The position numbers and the translations under genes were made by a program. A stretch of 61,994 bases of DNA from a virus (Duplodnaviria; Caudoviricetes). Below the pieces are notes generated by a model that was not told where the DNA came from, did no database searches, and was given only the letters and a program-made list of their open reading frames with translations. Below are positions 19,932 through 28,900 of this stretch, piece after piece (the first letter of the stretch is position 1; the number at the start of each line of letters is the position of its first letter). The stretch is from positions 1 through 61,994 of the IMG/VR virus record IMGVR_UViG_3300012930_000013; one strand, given 5' to 3'.

Positions 19932-19988
19932 AGTCAAGAGCGGGTCGCGCTGTACGAGTCGGAGGGTTTTGAGGTCGTTGCCGAGTGA
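19257..19988 (+). CDS. HNH homing endonuclease with N-terminal Zn-finger repeats
   Basis: CxxC repeats; GGRCACCGE..FLSFDHVDGDG...VLCMNCH...CPH. Confidence 0.75.
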   Translation: MKVSRSSLPIPGKKTPVFAPRTCVTCLQRFAPNSGPQKFCVDCRKIEYGLKGPTECLGCGLMIIDRTHRARYCLKCRKERTRQLRNESFARAYADPKRKKKLKYQSRESQRRWIKAPGNREDLRARERARHLNLKLEAIKRFGGRCACCGETRYQFLSFDHVDGDGAQHRREAGGFWPARSSSFLRYLKKNDWKSKYRIRVLCMNCHIAEDLWGACPHRLERCAASQERVALYESEGFEVVAE

Positions 19989-20098
19989 GTTCCGGCGCAT
20001 CACTCGGTTGTGGATAATGCTGTGGATCTTGTGGACAAACCGACGAGCGGAACGCGACCTGCCTCCACTGTAAGTGTGGATGCTGGCATCCCAGCATC
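19981..20098 (+). promoter_or_regulatory. DnaA-box cluster flanked by two hairpins; putative replication origin or DnaA-controlled promoter
   Basis: TGTGGATAA (20009, reverse complement of TTATCCACA), TGTGGATCT (20021), TGTGGACAA (20030), TGTGGATGC (20075); 8-bp inverted repeats 19981/20000 and 20079/20091. Confidence 0.5.
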
Positions 20099-20134
20099 TT
20101 GACGTCAGCGCCCAGCGCGCGGTACTGACTCAGT

Positions 20135-20719
20135 GTGCATCGTGCGCCCAAGACACAGATCGGCGGACGGGGTCGCGGGAAGACGAGGAAGGTCGAGGTC
20201 GCCGAAGAGCTCTGCGTCCTCTACCACGAGGCGGTGCGGGCCGAGGTCGCGACCCTGACCAAGGGAGGTCACCGCATGCCGTCGCAGACGCTGGACGACG
20301 TCGACGAGTCGGACCGCAGCTGGTTCTTGAAGGCCGCGGTCGCGTGCCTCGAGCTCGAGGCCGACGCGCGGGAGTTCATCGTGGCGCAGTTCGCGGTCTG
20401 GCGAGCGGCCAGCACCTACTACCAGAAGCTCCTCCTGCCGCAACCGCACCACCTCGGCAAGCTCGGCGCGCGCGTGCGCTACCTGCAGCACAAGGTGGTC
20501 GAGGAGACCCGGAAGTCGAGGGTCGTCACGCTCGACGCTCAGGAGGACCGCAAGCGGTTCTACGTTGAGGAGCGGCAGCTCAAGGGGCTCGCGCGGGAGC
20601 TGCGCCTGGACCAGGCCGACGTCCTGGCCGGCCTGCCGGAACGGTTCTCGCGCGCGTTCCTCGAGCACAAGGGAGCGTGGGCCGTCGTGAAGGACGTCTG
20701 GGAAGAGAGGGCCCGGTGA
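20135..20719 (+). CDS. Hypothetical replication-module protein
   Basis: Genome-typical codon usage; between DnaA-box region and DnaB-like gene. Confidence 0.55.
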   Translation: MHRAPKTQIGGRGRGKTRKVEVAEELCVLYHEAVRAEVATLTKGGHRMPSQTLDDVDESDRSWFLKAAVACLELEADAREFIVAQFAVWRAASTYYQKLLLPQPHHLGKLGARVRYLQHKVVEETRKSRVVTLDAQEDRKRFYVEERQLKGLARELRLDQADVLAGLPERFSRAFLEHKGAWAVVKDVWEERAR

Positions 20720-21288
20720 CCGACCTGGTGCAGGAGGTCGTCGGGCGCGCCCTCACGCAGAGCCGCCTTGCGGCCTGGAACCTCGGCATGCGCCGCTTCG
20801 GGGTGATGGACGACCTGCCGCGTGCGCGCGGCCTGCTCGTCGGCGAGGCGCCTGGCTCGAACACCGACGTGACGATCCCGCTGTTCCCGGAGCCCGGGAA
20901 CAGCGCCGACAGGCTGCTGCGGTACTCCGGCGTGAGCCATGCGGACTGGCTCGGCAAGCTCGTGAAAATCAACCTGTGCGAAGGGTCCTGGTCGGTGCGG
21001 CGCGCTGTGGTCGGTCGTGCCCGCGCGCTCGCCTACCTGCTCGACCGAGAGAACTACTACGGTGGCCAGCCGCTGCGCGTTCTGCTGCTCGGGGTCCGGG
21101 CGGCGCGCGCGTGGTCCTGCTACGGGCCGTTCGGCTACGAGGAGATGGTGTTCGACCGTGGGACGACGCTGCGCGCGGCGTGGATCCCTCACCCGTCCGG
21201 CAGGAACCGCCTCTACAACGAGCGCGCGAACCAGCTGCGCGCCCGCCGCGCGGTGCTCTGGGCGATCGGCGAGAGGGCGACTCCTTGA
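20716..21288 (+). CDS. Uracil-DNA glycosylase-superfamily protein (short form)
   Basis: LLVGEAPG motif 1, PLFP..NSADRL, INL, VLLLG, WIPHPSGRN motif 2. Confidence 0.65.
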   Translation: MTDLVQEVVGRALTQSRLAAWNLGMRRFGVMDDLPRARGLLVGEAPGSNTDVTIPLFPEPGNSADRLLRYSGVSHADWLGKLVKINLCEGSWSVRRAVVGRARALAYLLDRENYYGGQPLRVLLLGVRAARAWSCYGPFGYEEMVFDRGTTLRAAWIPHPSGRNRLYNERANQLRARRAVLWAIGERATP

Positions 21289-21557
21289 GCGTCTACGTCG
21301 ACGCCTCGATCTATGGCTACGGGCGCATGAAGATGTGCCACATGCTCGCTGACACACCCGAGGAGCTCCACGCGATGGCCGCCCGGATCGGCGTAGCGCG
21401 CCGCTGGTTTCAAACGCCACCCAAGGCATCGTTCTGGCACTACGACGTGTGTAAGAGTAAGCGTGCTCTGGCCGTGGCCGCAGGCGCCATCGAGTGTGGT
21501 CGCGAAGCATTCGTCACCGCGCTCAGGCGCATTCGTGAGTCTAAGGTGTTCATGTGA
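21285..21557 (+). CDS. DUF4031-like protein
   Basis: VYVD...MCHMLADTPEELHAMAARIG..RRWFQ...HYDV...RALAVAAGA. Confidence 0.75.
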   Translation: MSVYVDASIYGYGRMKMCHMLADTPEELHAMAARIGVARRWFQTPPKASFWHYDVCKSKRALAVAAGAIECGREAFVTALRRIRESKVFM

Positions 21558-22876
21558 GCGGCGACGAAGGGGTAGCCCCATCTTGGAAGATCGGTTACTC
21601 GAAAGATTTCGAGAAGCGGATGCTCCGCACGCTGTTCGTGGACCAGGAGTTCGCGACGACTTCCGGCGTGCACCTCGACCACCAGATGTTCTCGACGCCC
21701 GCGTTGCGGTGGCTGGCGCAGAAAGTCGTCGGCTACGCGCGGGACAACGGTTCTGGGATCAGCAAGGACGCGCTGCGGATCGAGCTCGAACGCGACCTCA
21801 AGGTCGGCCGGCTTGTCGCGAAGAACCGCGAGGCGGCCGAGGCGCTGGTCGACACCATCGATCAGACGGTCAAGGACCGAACCTACGTCAAGGGCGAGCT
21901 GTTCAAGTTCATCAAGAATCAGGTCACCGACCGCGCCGTCCGCGCCTGCCTCGACCACCTCGACGCCCAGGACTTCGACGCGATCGACGGCGAGCTCAAG
22001 AAGGTGCTCGACGTCCAGGCGTCGCTCAACGGTGGCCTCGGGCACTTCTTCGTGCGCGACCGCGGTCAGCGCCGCGAACGCCGCAGGAAGTACGAGTACA
22101 ACGGGATCTCAACTGGACTGTTCTTAGATGAGTTCCTGAAACCGAAGGGCACACCGCCGAAGTCTCTTACGACGATAGTCGCCCCGTCAGGGGTCGGAAA
22201 GTCGGGCGTGCTACTATACATGTGTCGTAGTGCTGTTGTTAACAGCCGAGCGCGGTGCTTGTACATCACCACCGAGTTGTCCGAAGAGATAATTTGTGAC
22301 CGTCTCGACGCATCGTTCACCGGCGTGTCGATCAACATGCTCGAGAAGGAACGCAAGAAGGTCAGCGGCAAGGTCCGCAACCTCGGTCTGAAGTACGGGG
22401 AGTTCCTCGTCGTCAAGGAGTTCCCGCCTGCGACGCTCACGCCGAGCGGGCTGCGCGCGTACATCCGGCAGCTGGAGCGCGTCGGGTTCTACCCGAGCTC
22501 GTTCTACGTCGACTCGGCCGACGACATGGTGCCGGACGCCGGGGACCGCGGGCGCGACCGGGACGGGTACGAGGACTACGGCGCGGTCTGGCGTGGCCTG
22601 CGCCGGCTGAGCTACGAGATCTTGGCTCCGGGTCACACCGCGAGCCAGACCCAGCGTGGCGCCCTGAACAAGGAGCACGTCGACTGGGATCAGATCGCCG
22701 ACAGCGCCAAGAAGGTCATGGTCTCCGACGTCGTCGCGATCCTCCAGCAGACCCGGGAGGAGCACAAGCAGGGCGTCGGCAGGTTTTACGTCGGGAAGAA
22801 CCGCTTCGGGACAGCGAAGCGGGAGTGGAAGGTTCGCCTCGACTGGGCGAAGATCGACATCCGCACGATCGGGTGA
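21554..22876 (+). CDS. dnaB: Replicative DnaB-like (T4 gp41-like) helicase
   Basis: APSGVGKS Walker A, YITTELSEE, YVDSADDM, TASQTQR, IADS, KNRFG. Confidence 0.85.
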   Translation: MSGDEGVAPSWKIGYSKDFEKRMLRTLFVDQEFATTSGVHLDHQMFSTPALRWLAQKVVGYARDNGSGISKDALRIELERDLKVGRLVAKNREAAEALVDTIDQTVKDRTYVKGELFKFIKNQVTDRAVRACLDHLDAQDFDAIDGELKKVLDVQASLNGGLGHFFVRDRGQRRERRRKYEYNGISTGLFLDEFLKPKGTPPKSLTTIVAPSGVGKSGVLLYMCRSAVVNSRARCLYITTELSEEIICDRLDASFTGVSINMLEKERKKVSGKVRNLGLKYGEFLVVKEFPPATLTPSGLRAYIRQLERVGFYPSSFYVDSADDMVPDAGDRGRDRDGYEDYGAVWRGLRRLSYEILAPGHTASQTQRGALNKEHVDWDQIADSAKKVMVSDVVAILQQTREEHKQGVGRFYVGKNRFGTAKREWKVRLDWAKIDIRTIG

Positions 22877-22890
22877 GGAGCACAAAATAG

Positions 22891-23502
22891 ATGGCACCGA
22901 AGAAGAACAAGTCGACCTCAGGTGAGAGCAACCGTGTGTCGATTTCGCGGGAGGAGCACGAGACGCTCTTATCGCTCTACGACAGCATCGCCCTGGCGAA
23001 GGGAGACAGCGAGCGCGCCAAGCTCCGCTTCCAGGACCTCAGCATCACCTGCGAGGCGCAGGCGCGGCGCCTCCTGGAGCTGGACTCGAGCGCCCGTCAC
23101 CTGGAGCGCATCGCCGGGCTCCAGAAGGTGCTCATCGACCTGCTGCGATCCGAGCACAAGATCGCGTCGATGGAGGACCTCTCCGAGTTCTGGCACAGGT
23201 GGGTCGTCTGCGCGGAGAACCTCGTCAAGGCCAACCCGGACCTGCGGGCCACCATCGCTCAGGCGCAGCCGGAGCTGTTCCGGTCGTGGAGCTTGTGGCT
23301 GAAGGAGGACGGCCGCGCCGTCCACCTGCCCGCCGCGGGTGACACGAGGACGGAGGCTGAGGCCCGAGTACCCGCGTCGCAGGACCAGGTGCAAGACCGC
23401 GCGGTCGACCAGCTCCGCAGCACGAACGCGTCCCAGGCGGCGCGCATCCGGGAGCTCGAGGGTGAGATCGAGGTCTACAAGAAGAGCAAGGGCCTCCGCT
23501 GA
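22891..23502 (+). CDS. Hypothetical coiled-coil protein
   Basis: GAGGAG RBS; helical composition. Confidence 0.55.
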   Translation: MAPKKNKSTSGESNRVSISREEHETLLSLYDSIALAKGDSERAKLRFQDLSITCEAQARRLLELDSSARHLERIAGLQKVLIDLLRSEHKIASMEDLSEFWHRWVVCAENLVKANPDLRATIAQAQPELFRSWSLWLKEDGRAVHLPAAGDTRTEAEARVPASQDQVQDRAVDQLRSTNASQAARIRELEGEIEVYKKSKGLR

Positions 23503-23505
23503 GAG

Positions 23506-24624
23506 ATGTCGCTGAACTTCCGAGCCATCGACCGCGCGTTCGACGCTGAGCGCTACGTGCTCGACCTCTGCCCCGACGCTCAGCGCAGCGGCGGTAACCT
23601 GGTGGTCACGTGCCCGCGCTGCGACAAGCCGAAGCTCTCGGTCCTCGTGGTCGACCGCGACGACGTGCGCGCTCCGGCGTGGCGCTGCTTCGCCGCCGAG
23701 TGCAGCGACGCCGGCCGCACGGCGCTGTCGCTGGTCCGCCGGCTCGAGGACTGCGACATGTTCCGCGCCCTGGAGCAGATCGCCCGGTACGCGAAGGGCA
23801 ACCAGCCGATCATCGACCTGCGTAAGCTGGTCGAGGACCGCCTCGCAGGACAGGCCGAGGTCTGGAGCGCCAGCCCGGAGCACATAGCTCTCCCCGACGA
23901 GTTCATCGCCGCGCGCGCCGACCACAGGCGGTCCGACCTGCCGTCGTACTTCCGCGAGCGCGGCATCGGCCCGAAGACGGCGACGCGCTACGGGATCGGG
24001 TGGTGTGAGAGCGGGTACTTCAGGAACCGGATCGTGGTCCCTGTCATGCACGAAGACGAGGTCGCCTTCTTCGTCGCCCGCTACATGAGGGCGATCCCGC
24101 CCATGTGCAGGGCCGACCGCCTGCCGTGCAAGCGGTGCGGAGGGACCGACGAGCACAAGCGCCTGAAGAAGACCCTCTACCCCAAGGGTGCGAAGCCGGG
24201 GCACTTCCTGTACAACTACGAGCGCGCTCGCTACTGCCGGACCATCCGCGTCGTCGAGGGCGTGCTCGACGCGATCCACGTCGGCCGGTCGGCGGTGGCG
24301 ACGTTCGGCACCAGCTTGTCGCAGTACCAGCTGGAGCTCCTGATGCGGACGGCAGCGGAGGAGATCGTGATCATCTGGGACCGCGACCCGGGAGCCGAGC
24401 CCGGCGCGAGCGGGTACGAGAAGGCGCTGGTGCTGGCTGACAGGCTGGCTGACCTCTGGCGCGTGCGCGTCGTCAAGCTGCCGGACGCCCGCGACCCGGA
24501 TGAGCACACCCGGCGAGACCTCATGGAGATGGAGCGGCTGACCCCTGTGCTCGACGCGTCGGGAGCGCGTAGGTCATACGTGCTCGGCAGGCTGGAGACC
24601 AGGATGCGGGTGCGGTCCTCGTAG
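23506..24624 (+). CDS. dnaG: DNA primase (Zn-binding domain + TOPRIM)
   Basis: CPRC...WRCFAAEC zinc domain; YFRERGI; NRIVVPV; VVEGVLDA; IIWDRD; DPDE. Confidence 0.85.
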   Translation: MSLNFRAIDRAFDAERYVLDLCPDAQRSGGNLVVTCPRCDKPKLSVLVVDRDDVRAPAWRCFAAECSDAGRTALSLVRRLEDCDMFRALEQIARYAKGNQPIIDLRKLVEDRLAGQAEVWSASPEHIALPDEFIAARADHRRSDLPSYFRERGIGPKTATRYGIGWCESGYFRNRIVVPVMHEDEVAFFVARYMRAIPPMCRADRLPCKRCGGTDEHKRLKKTLYPKGAKPGHFLYNYERARYCRTIRVVEGVLDAIHVGRSAVATFGTSLSQYQLELLMRTAAEEIVIIWDRDPGAEPGASGYEKALVLADRLADLWRVRVVKLPDARDPDEHTRRDLMEMERLTPVLDASGARRSYVLGRLETRMRVRSS

Positions 24625-24640
24625 GTCACTCAGCATTTCT

Positions 24641-24669
24641 GTTGACATTGTCATCACACACGTTAGAGT
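24641..24669 (+). promoter_or_regulatory. Operator GTTGACATTGTCATC over -35 TTGACA with -10 TAGAGT
   Basis: Intergenic copy of the recurring motif, upstream of the gene run leading to the polymerase. Confidence 0.65.
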
Positions 24670-24704
24670 CCTGGTCCGCGCACCACGGACCGCTAGGAGC
24701 CATC

Positions 24705-25490
24705 GTGAACAAGACCGGAAAGTCCAAGACCAAGTCGAAGTCTAAAGGGAAGCTCTCACCGAAGGCAGAGATCACCACCGCAGAGGCATCCAAGGTGCAG
24801 AAGCCGACCAAGGGCAAGCCAGCGGAGACGATGGATCGTGCCGCGCTGCGATCCATCGTCAGCCAGCTGAAGAGCGCCGGAGGAGACATCAAGGTCTTCA
24901 AGAGCGACACGGACGACGTGTTGCAGCGCCGGGTGAACGACGCGATCCAGGCGCTCCCGTCGGATGAGGTCCTGGCCCGGCTCGAGGCGGTAGACCCGGT
25001 GAAGCTGGTAGCAGTCGCCAAGCGCGACTGCCTCGGGATCTTCGTCGACTTTCGGGACATCTCCTGCGTCAGGTGCCCGGACGCGGTGAAGTGCGCCAGC
25101 ACGTTCATCGCGAACCTGCGCAGCGGTTTCCGAGACCTCCCCGACAGCGTGAGGTCACCGCTGGTAGCCACCAAGGAAGAGGCACCGGAGAAGAAGCCTG
25201 GGATCCTCAAGTATGACCCGAAGGCGCTCGTCTTCGTGCGCGACGTCAAGAACCCGAATCCCAAGGGCGACGAGTACCACGACGCGTTTCAGCGCATCCT
25301 GGACGAGCAGCCGGAGACCATGGTCGAGGTGAAGAAGATCCTGGAAGAGGACTTCGACTTCGACGACGACTCCGACTTCATGAAGTTCATCGCCGCGCTG
25401 CGGGACCCGAAGCAGGGTCTCATCAAACTCGTCACCGACCTCACTGACAAGGATCGAGCTGTGTTGCGCGACGCAGGCTACAGCATCTGA
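24705..25490 (+). CDS. Hypothetical protein with Lys-rich N-terminus and Cys cluster
   Basis: AGGAG RBS before GTG; DCLG...SCVRCPDAVKC. Confidence 0.55.
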   Translation: MNKTGKSKTKSKSKGKLSPKAEITTAEASKVQKPTKGKPAETMDRAALRSIVSQLKSAGGDIKVFKSDTDDVLQRRVNDAIQALPSDEVLARLEAVDPVKLVAVAKRDCLGIFVDFRDISCVRCPDAVKCASTFIANLRSGFRDLPDSVRSPLVATKEEAPEKKPGILKYDPKALVFVRDVKNPNPKGDEYHDAFQRILDEQPETMVEVKKILEEDFDFDDDSDFMKFIAALRDPKQGLIKLVTDLTDKDRAVLRDAGYSI

Positions 25491-25528
25491 GTCTCTAACC
25501 AACCTAAACCAGAAGAGAGAGAAGACAC

Positions 25529-25912
25529 ATGGCAAAGAGTCTGTTCGTTGGAACCGTACCGGCGACCATCAGCGTGATCGTGGAGGCGAAGGACGAGGAG
25601 TCGGCGTCCGAGGCGATCAAGGTCGCCGTCCGGGCTGCGCTCGGGTCGACCCTCGGCGTCATCAGCATCATCGGTGAACCCAAGGTCGCGTCGATGCCAA
25701 TCGCCGGCAAGAAGGCGAAGGTCGATGACAAGGAGGAAGAGGACGACGAGGAGGAGGAAGAGGACGACGAGGAGGAGGAAGAGGACGACGAGGAGGAGGA
25801 AGAGGACGACGAGGAGGAGGAAGAGGAGGAGAAACCTGCTCCGAAGAAGACCGACAAGAAGCCGGTCAAGGACGACGGCAAGAAGAAGATCAAGATCAAA
25901 CTGAAAGGATAA
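25529..25912 (+). CDS. Small protein with long acidic tract and basic C-terminus
   Basis: (EEEEEDD)n tract followed by KPAPKK...KKKIKIKLKG. Confidence 0.65.
   Translation: MAKSLFVGTVPATISVIVEAKDEESASEAIKVAVRAALGSTLGVISIIGEPKVASMPIAGKKAKVDDKEEEDDEEEEEDDEEEEEDDEEEEEDDEEEEEEEKPAPKKTDKKPVKDDGKKKIKIKLKG
25731..25827 (+). repeat. 21-bp tandem repeat (about 4.5 copies) encoding the acidic tract
   Basis: Unit gaggaggaagaggacgacgag repeated in tandem. Confidence 0.85.
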
Positions 25913-25920
25913 CTAAGAAG

Positions 25921-28900
25921 ATGAGCGACCGCGCGCCCGTACAGTTCGCTGAGACGCCGAAGCAAGCTCGGCGTTTCATGGATGAGCTTTACCGAGAGGC
26001 ATACCTCCCGGGGAAGATCACCGCGGTCGACACCGAGTTCGTCCCGATCTCGAACGAGCCGGTCCTGCTGTCCTACTCGTGGGGCCGCGGGGTCCGGCGC
26101 GTCGTCCGCTCCGAGCTGGTCAAGGACCACTTCGGCGACTGGCTGGTCGACCCTCAGACCAAGCTCGCCTACCAGAACTACAAGGCGGATGTCGAGACGA
26201 TGGAGAGGCTCGGCATCCCGCCGACCGAGCTCATCCACAGCTTCTACATCGACACGATGGTCACCGGGGTGCTCCGCGACGAGACCCTGATGCAGCATGG
26301 GCTCAAGGCGCAGATGTTCCACTTCTTGAAGTGGTTTCGCCGCGAGTACGGGCAGCTGTTCTGCTATGTACCACCCGGCAAGAAGAAGGCGATCGTCATG
26401 GACCCGAGGCAGGTCATGGATGGTCTGCCTGACGACGCGCTCACCGACGCGGTGACCAAGTGGGGTGGAGCGAAGGGAGGACACAAGGTCGGCCCGCGGA
26501 GCGCTGAGCAGTGGCGCCAGATGATGATCGACTATGCCGGCGACGACGCCGAGGGGACCCAGATCCTCGCGGTCGACCACCGCAGGTACCTCAGGAAGAC
26601 CGACTACTGGGACAAGTATGTCGACGTCGACCGAGTGTTCACGAGTACCCTGATGCAGTGTGGGGTAAGCGGGGCGTTCCTCGACCAGCCGGTCCTGCGC
26701 AAGATCCTGCGCAAGCAGGACATCCGCATCATGCGCGCCGAGCATTGTTTCCGCGCCGCGGCGGGAGACCCAAAGCTCAAGCTGCGCTCTCGCCCTCAGA
26801 TGAAGAAGCTGTTGTTCGACGAGTGGGGTTGGCCGGAGCACCCGACGATCGAGACCGACAGCGGCGGAGTCTCGATGGACGGGGAGGTCCTCACCTGGTG
26901 GTTGAACGAGCACAAGCTCGCGATGGCAGGAGTTAAGCTCGCGTTCAACAACGCGGCTACCATGAAGGGTACGTTCCTTGAAGGACTTCTTTCAGGAGTA
27001 AGTGATGATGGACGTCTGCGAAGTGATCTGAATCAGATCGGTGCGAAGACATCTGGAAGAATTAGTTCACGTAAGTTTGAGAAGTTGATCGAGATCACTA
27101 AGACACTCAAGAATGGAGAAGTAAGGACGCAAGTCAAGAAGAAGAAGGTCGGCGCCAACCTTCAGAATATAATCGCTCGGAAGGAGAAGGACCCCGATGG
27201 GGTCCGCGGTGCGTTCCGGGCGCCACAACTTGGAGAGGTCACCGCATGGGGTGTACCGGCTACCGAGTCACACAAGCTGATCGTCGCGGATTACTCAGGG
27301 TTCCACCTCGTGCTTGTCATCCACTTCACAGCGAAGCTGACCAAGAAGTCGGCAATGCTGGAGATCATGCGGAAGTACAAGACGCCGAGCGCGGTGCACG
27401 TGTACACGACGATTCAGATGTTCAAGCACACGGCTCCACACAGATGTGACTCGGACTCGTACTCGTGCAAGGACAAGAAGACCGGCGAGTGGAAGAAGTT
27501 CCACGGCGAGAACAAGGTGTACTCCTTGAGCGAGTTCACCATGGATGACTGGAAGCTAGTCAAGCCGCTCTTCCCGGACCAATATACCTATAGTAAAAAC
27601 TGCGTCACCGGCGAGACGATGATCCTCACTGATCATGGATACAAGAGGATTGACGAGCTGTGCGTCGGCGCTCCTCTTGGTCGCTCGAAGCCGGCGACAC
27701 CCATCCGGATCGTAACGCGGGACGGGATTCGCGACGTCGCGGACGTCTACCGGGGTGGCAAGCAGCCGGTGAAGAAGCTGACGACTGAGCTCGGGTTCGC
27801 AGTGCGCGCGAACGACTCACATGACATGCCGGTGGTGCGCGGAGGTAAGATCGAGATGGTGAAGGTCGGCGACATGGTGGTCGGAGACATCTGCGTGATT
27901 AAGTTCGGCAGCAACACCCACGGGCGGGTAACTCAGATTCCAGCGATGGCGCAGGGAGGCATGACGAGCTACAAGCCGCTCGACCTTCCTCGTGAGCTTA
28001 CGCCGGAGGTTGCCAGGTTGCTCGGGTACTATGTGTCGGAGGGTTTCTCGATGAAGTCAAACACGATGTACATCACATCGTTCGGCTTCGGTTATCAGGA
28101 CGATGACATGGTGCTCGACGTCGAGCGGTGCTTGCGATTGGTGGCTGGTTCCCGTCTCAAGCAGCACGATGGTGCGAAAGCGCGCAGGTACTACATCACC
28201 AGCAAGGACCTCTACGAGTGGTGGCGGTTCCTCGGATGTGGCACGTCATCGGCGGACAAGCAGATCCCGCCCTGCGTGCTCGGTGCACCATGGCCAGTCA
28301 AGCGGGAATTCTTGCGCGCATACTTTGCTGGAGACGGAAGCATCTGCGACGGTGTCATCAAGGCAACGAGCAAGTCAGAGCTTCTCATTAGGCAGATCCA
28401 AGGCGAGTTGATCAACATCGGCATCGCGTGCTCTGTGTTCTCTGGTGAAGTTGGTGAATACGGGATTTATTGGTCGATCCAGATATCGAGCAGCAGCTAC
28501 GTCAAGAGGTTCTCCGAGTACATTGGATTTTCCTGTAAGCGCAAGCAGGATCTGGCGGAGCGGGTGGTGATCGCTAACCCGCGTTCCACACTGGTCATCG
28601 AAGGGTTCGACGTCGAGTACGAGCTGATCCAGAAGAAACTGTTTGGTGGTGTGAGGAGTCGGATGTCACAGGTGACCCGCGGTACGTGCAGGCTCGGTGA
28701 AGTCGTGGTTCAAAAAATCGACCCTGAAGCACTCGTTGGGACCGAGATCGAGAAGATGCTCAACGATGGGTTGTGGACGGTTCGCGTCACGTCGATCGAG
28801 CCTGATGGTGATGCAGAGGTTTTTGACCTCTATGAGCCAGTTCATAAGATGATGGTTGCTAGCGGTCTTCTTGTAGGTGACACCAACTTTGCCCTTATCT

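Noticed and set aside
28879-28890. Alternative intein end at GDTN with canonical terminal Asn
   Set aside because: The +1 residue would be Phe (no nucleophile), and splicing would delete two residues from motif B spacing K-x-x-N-F.
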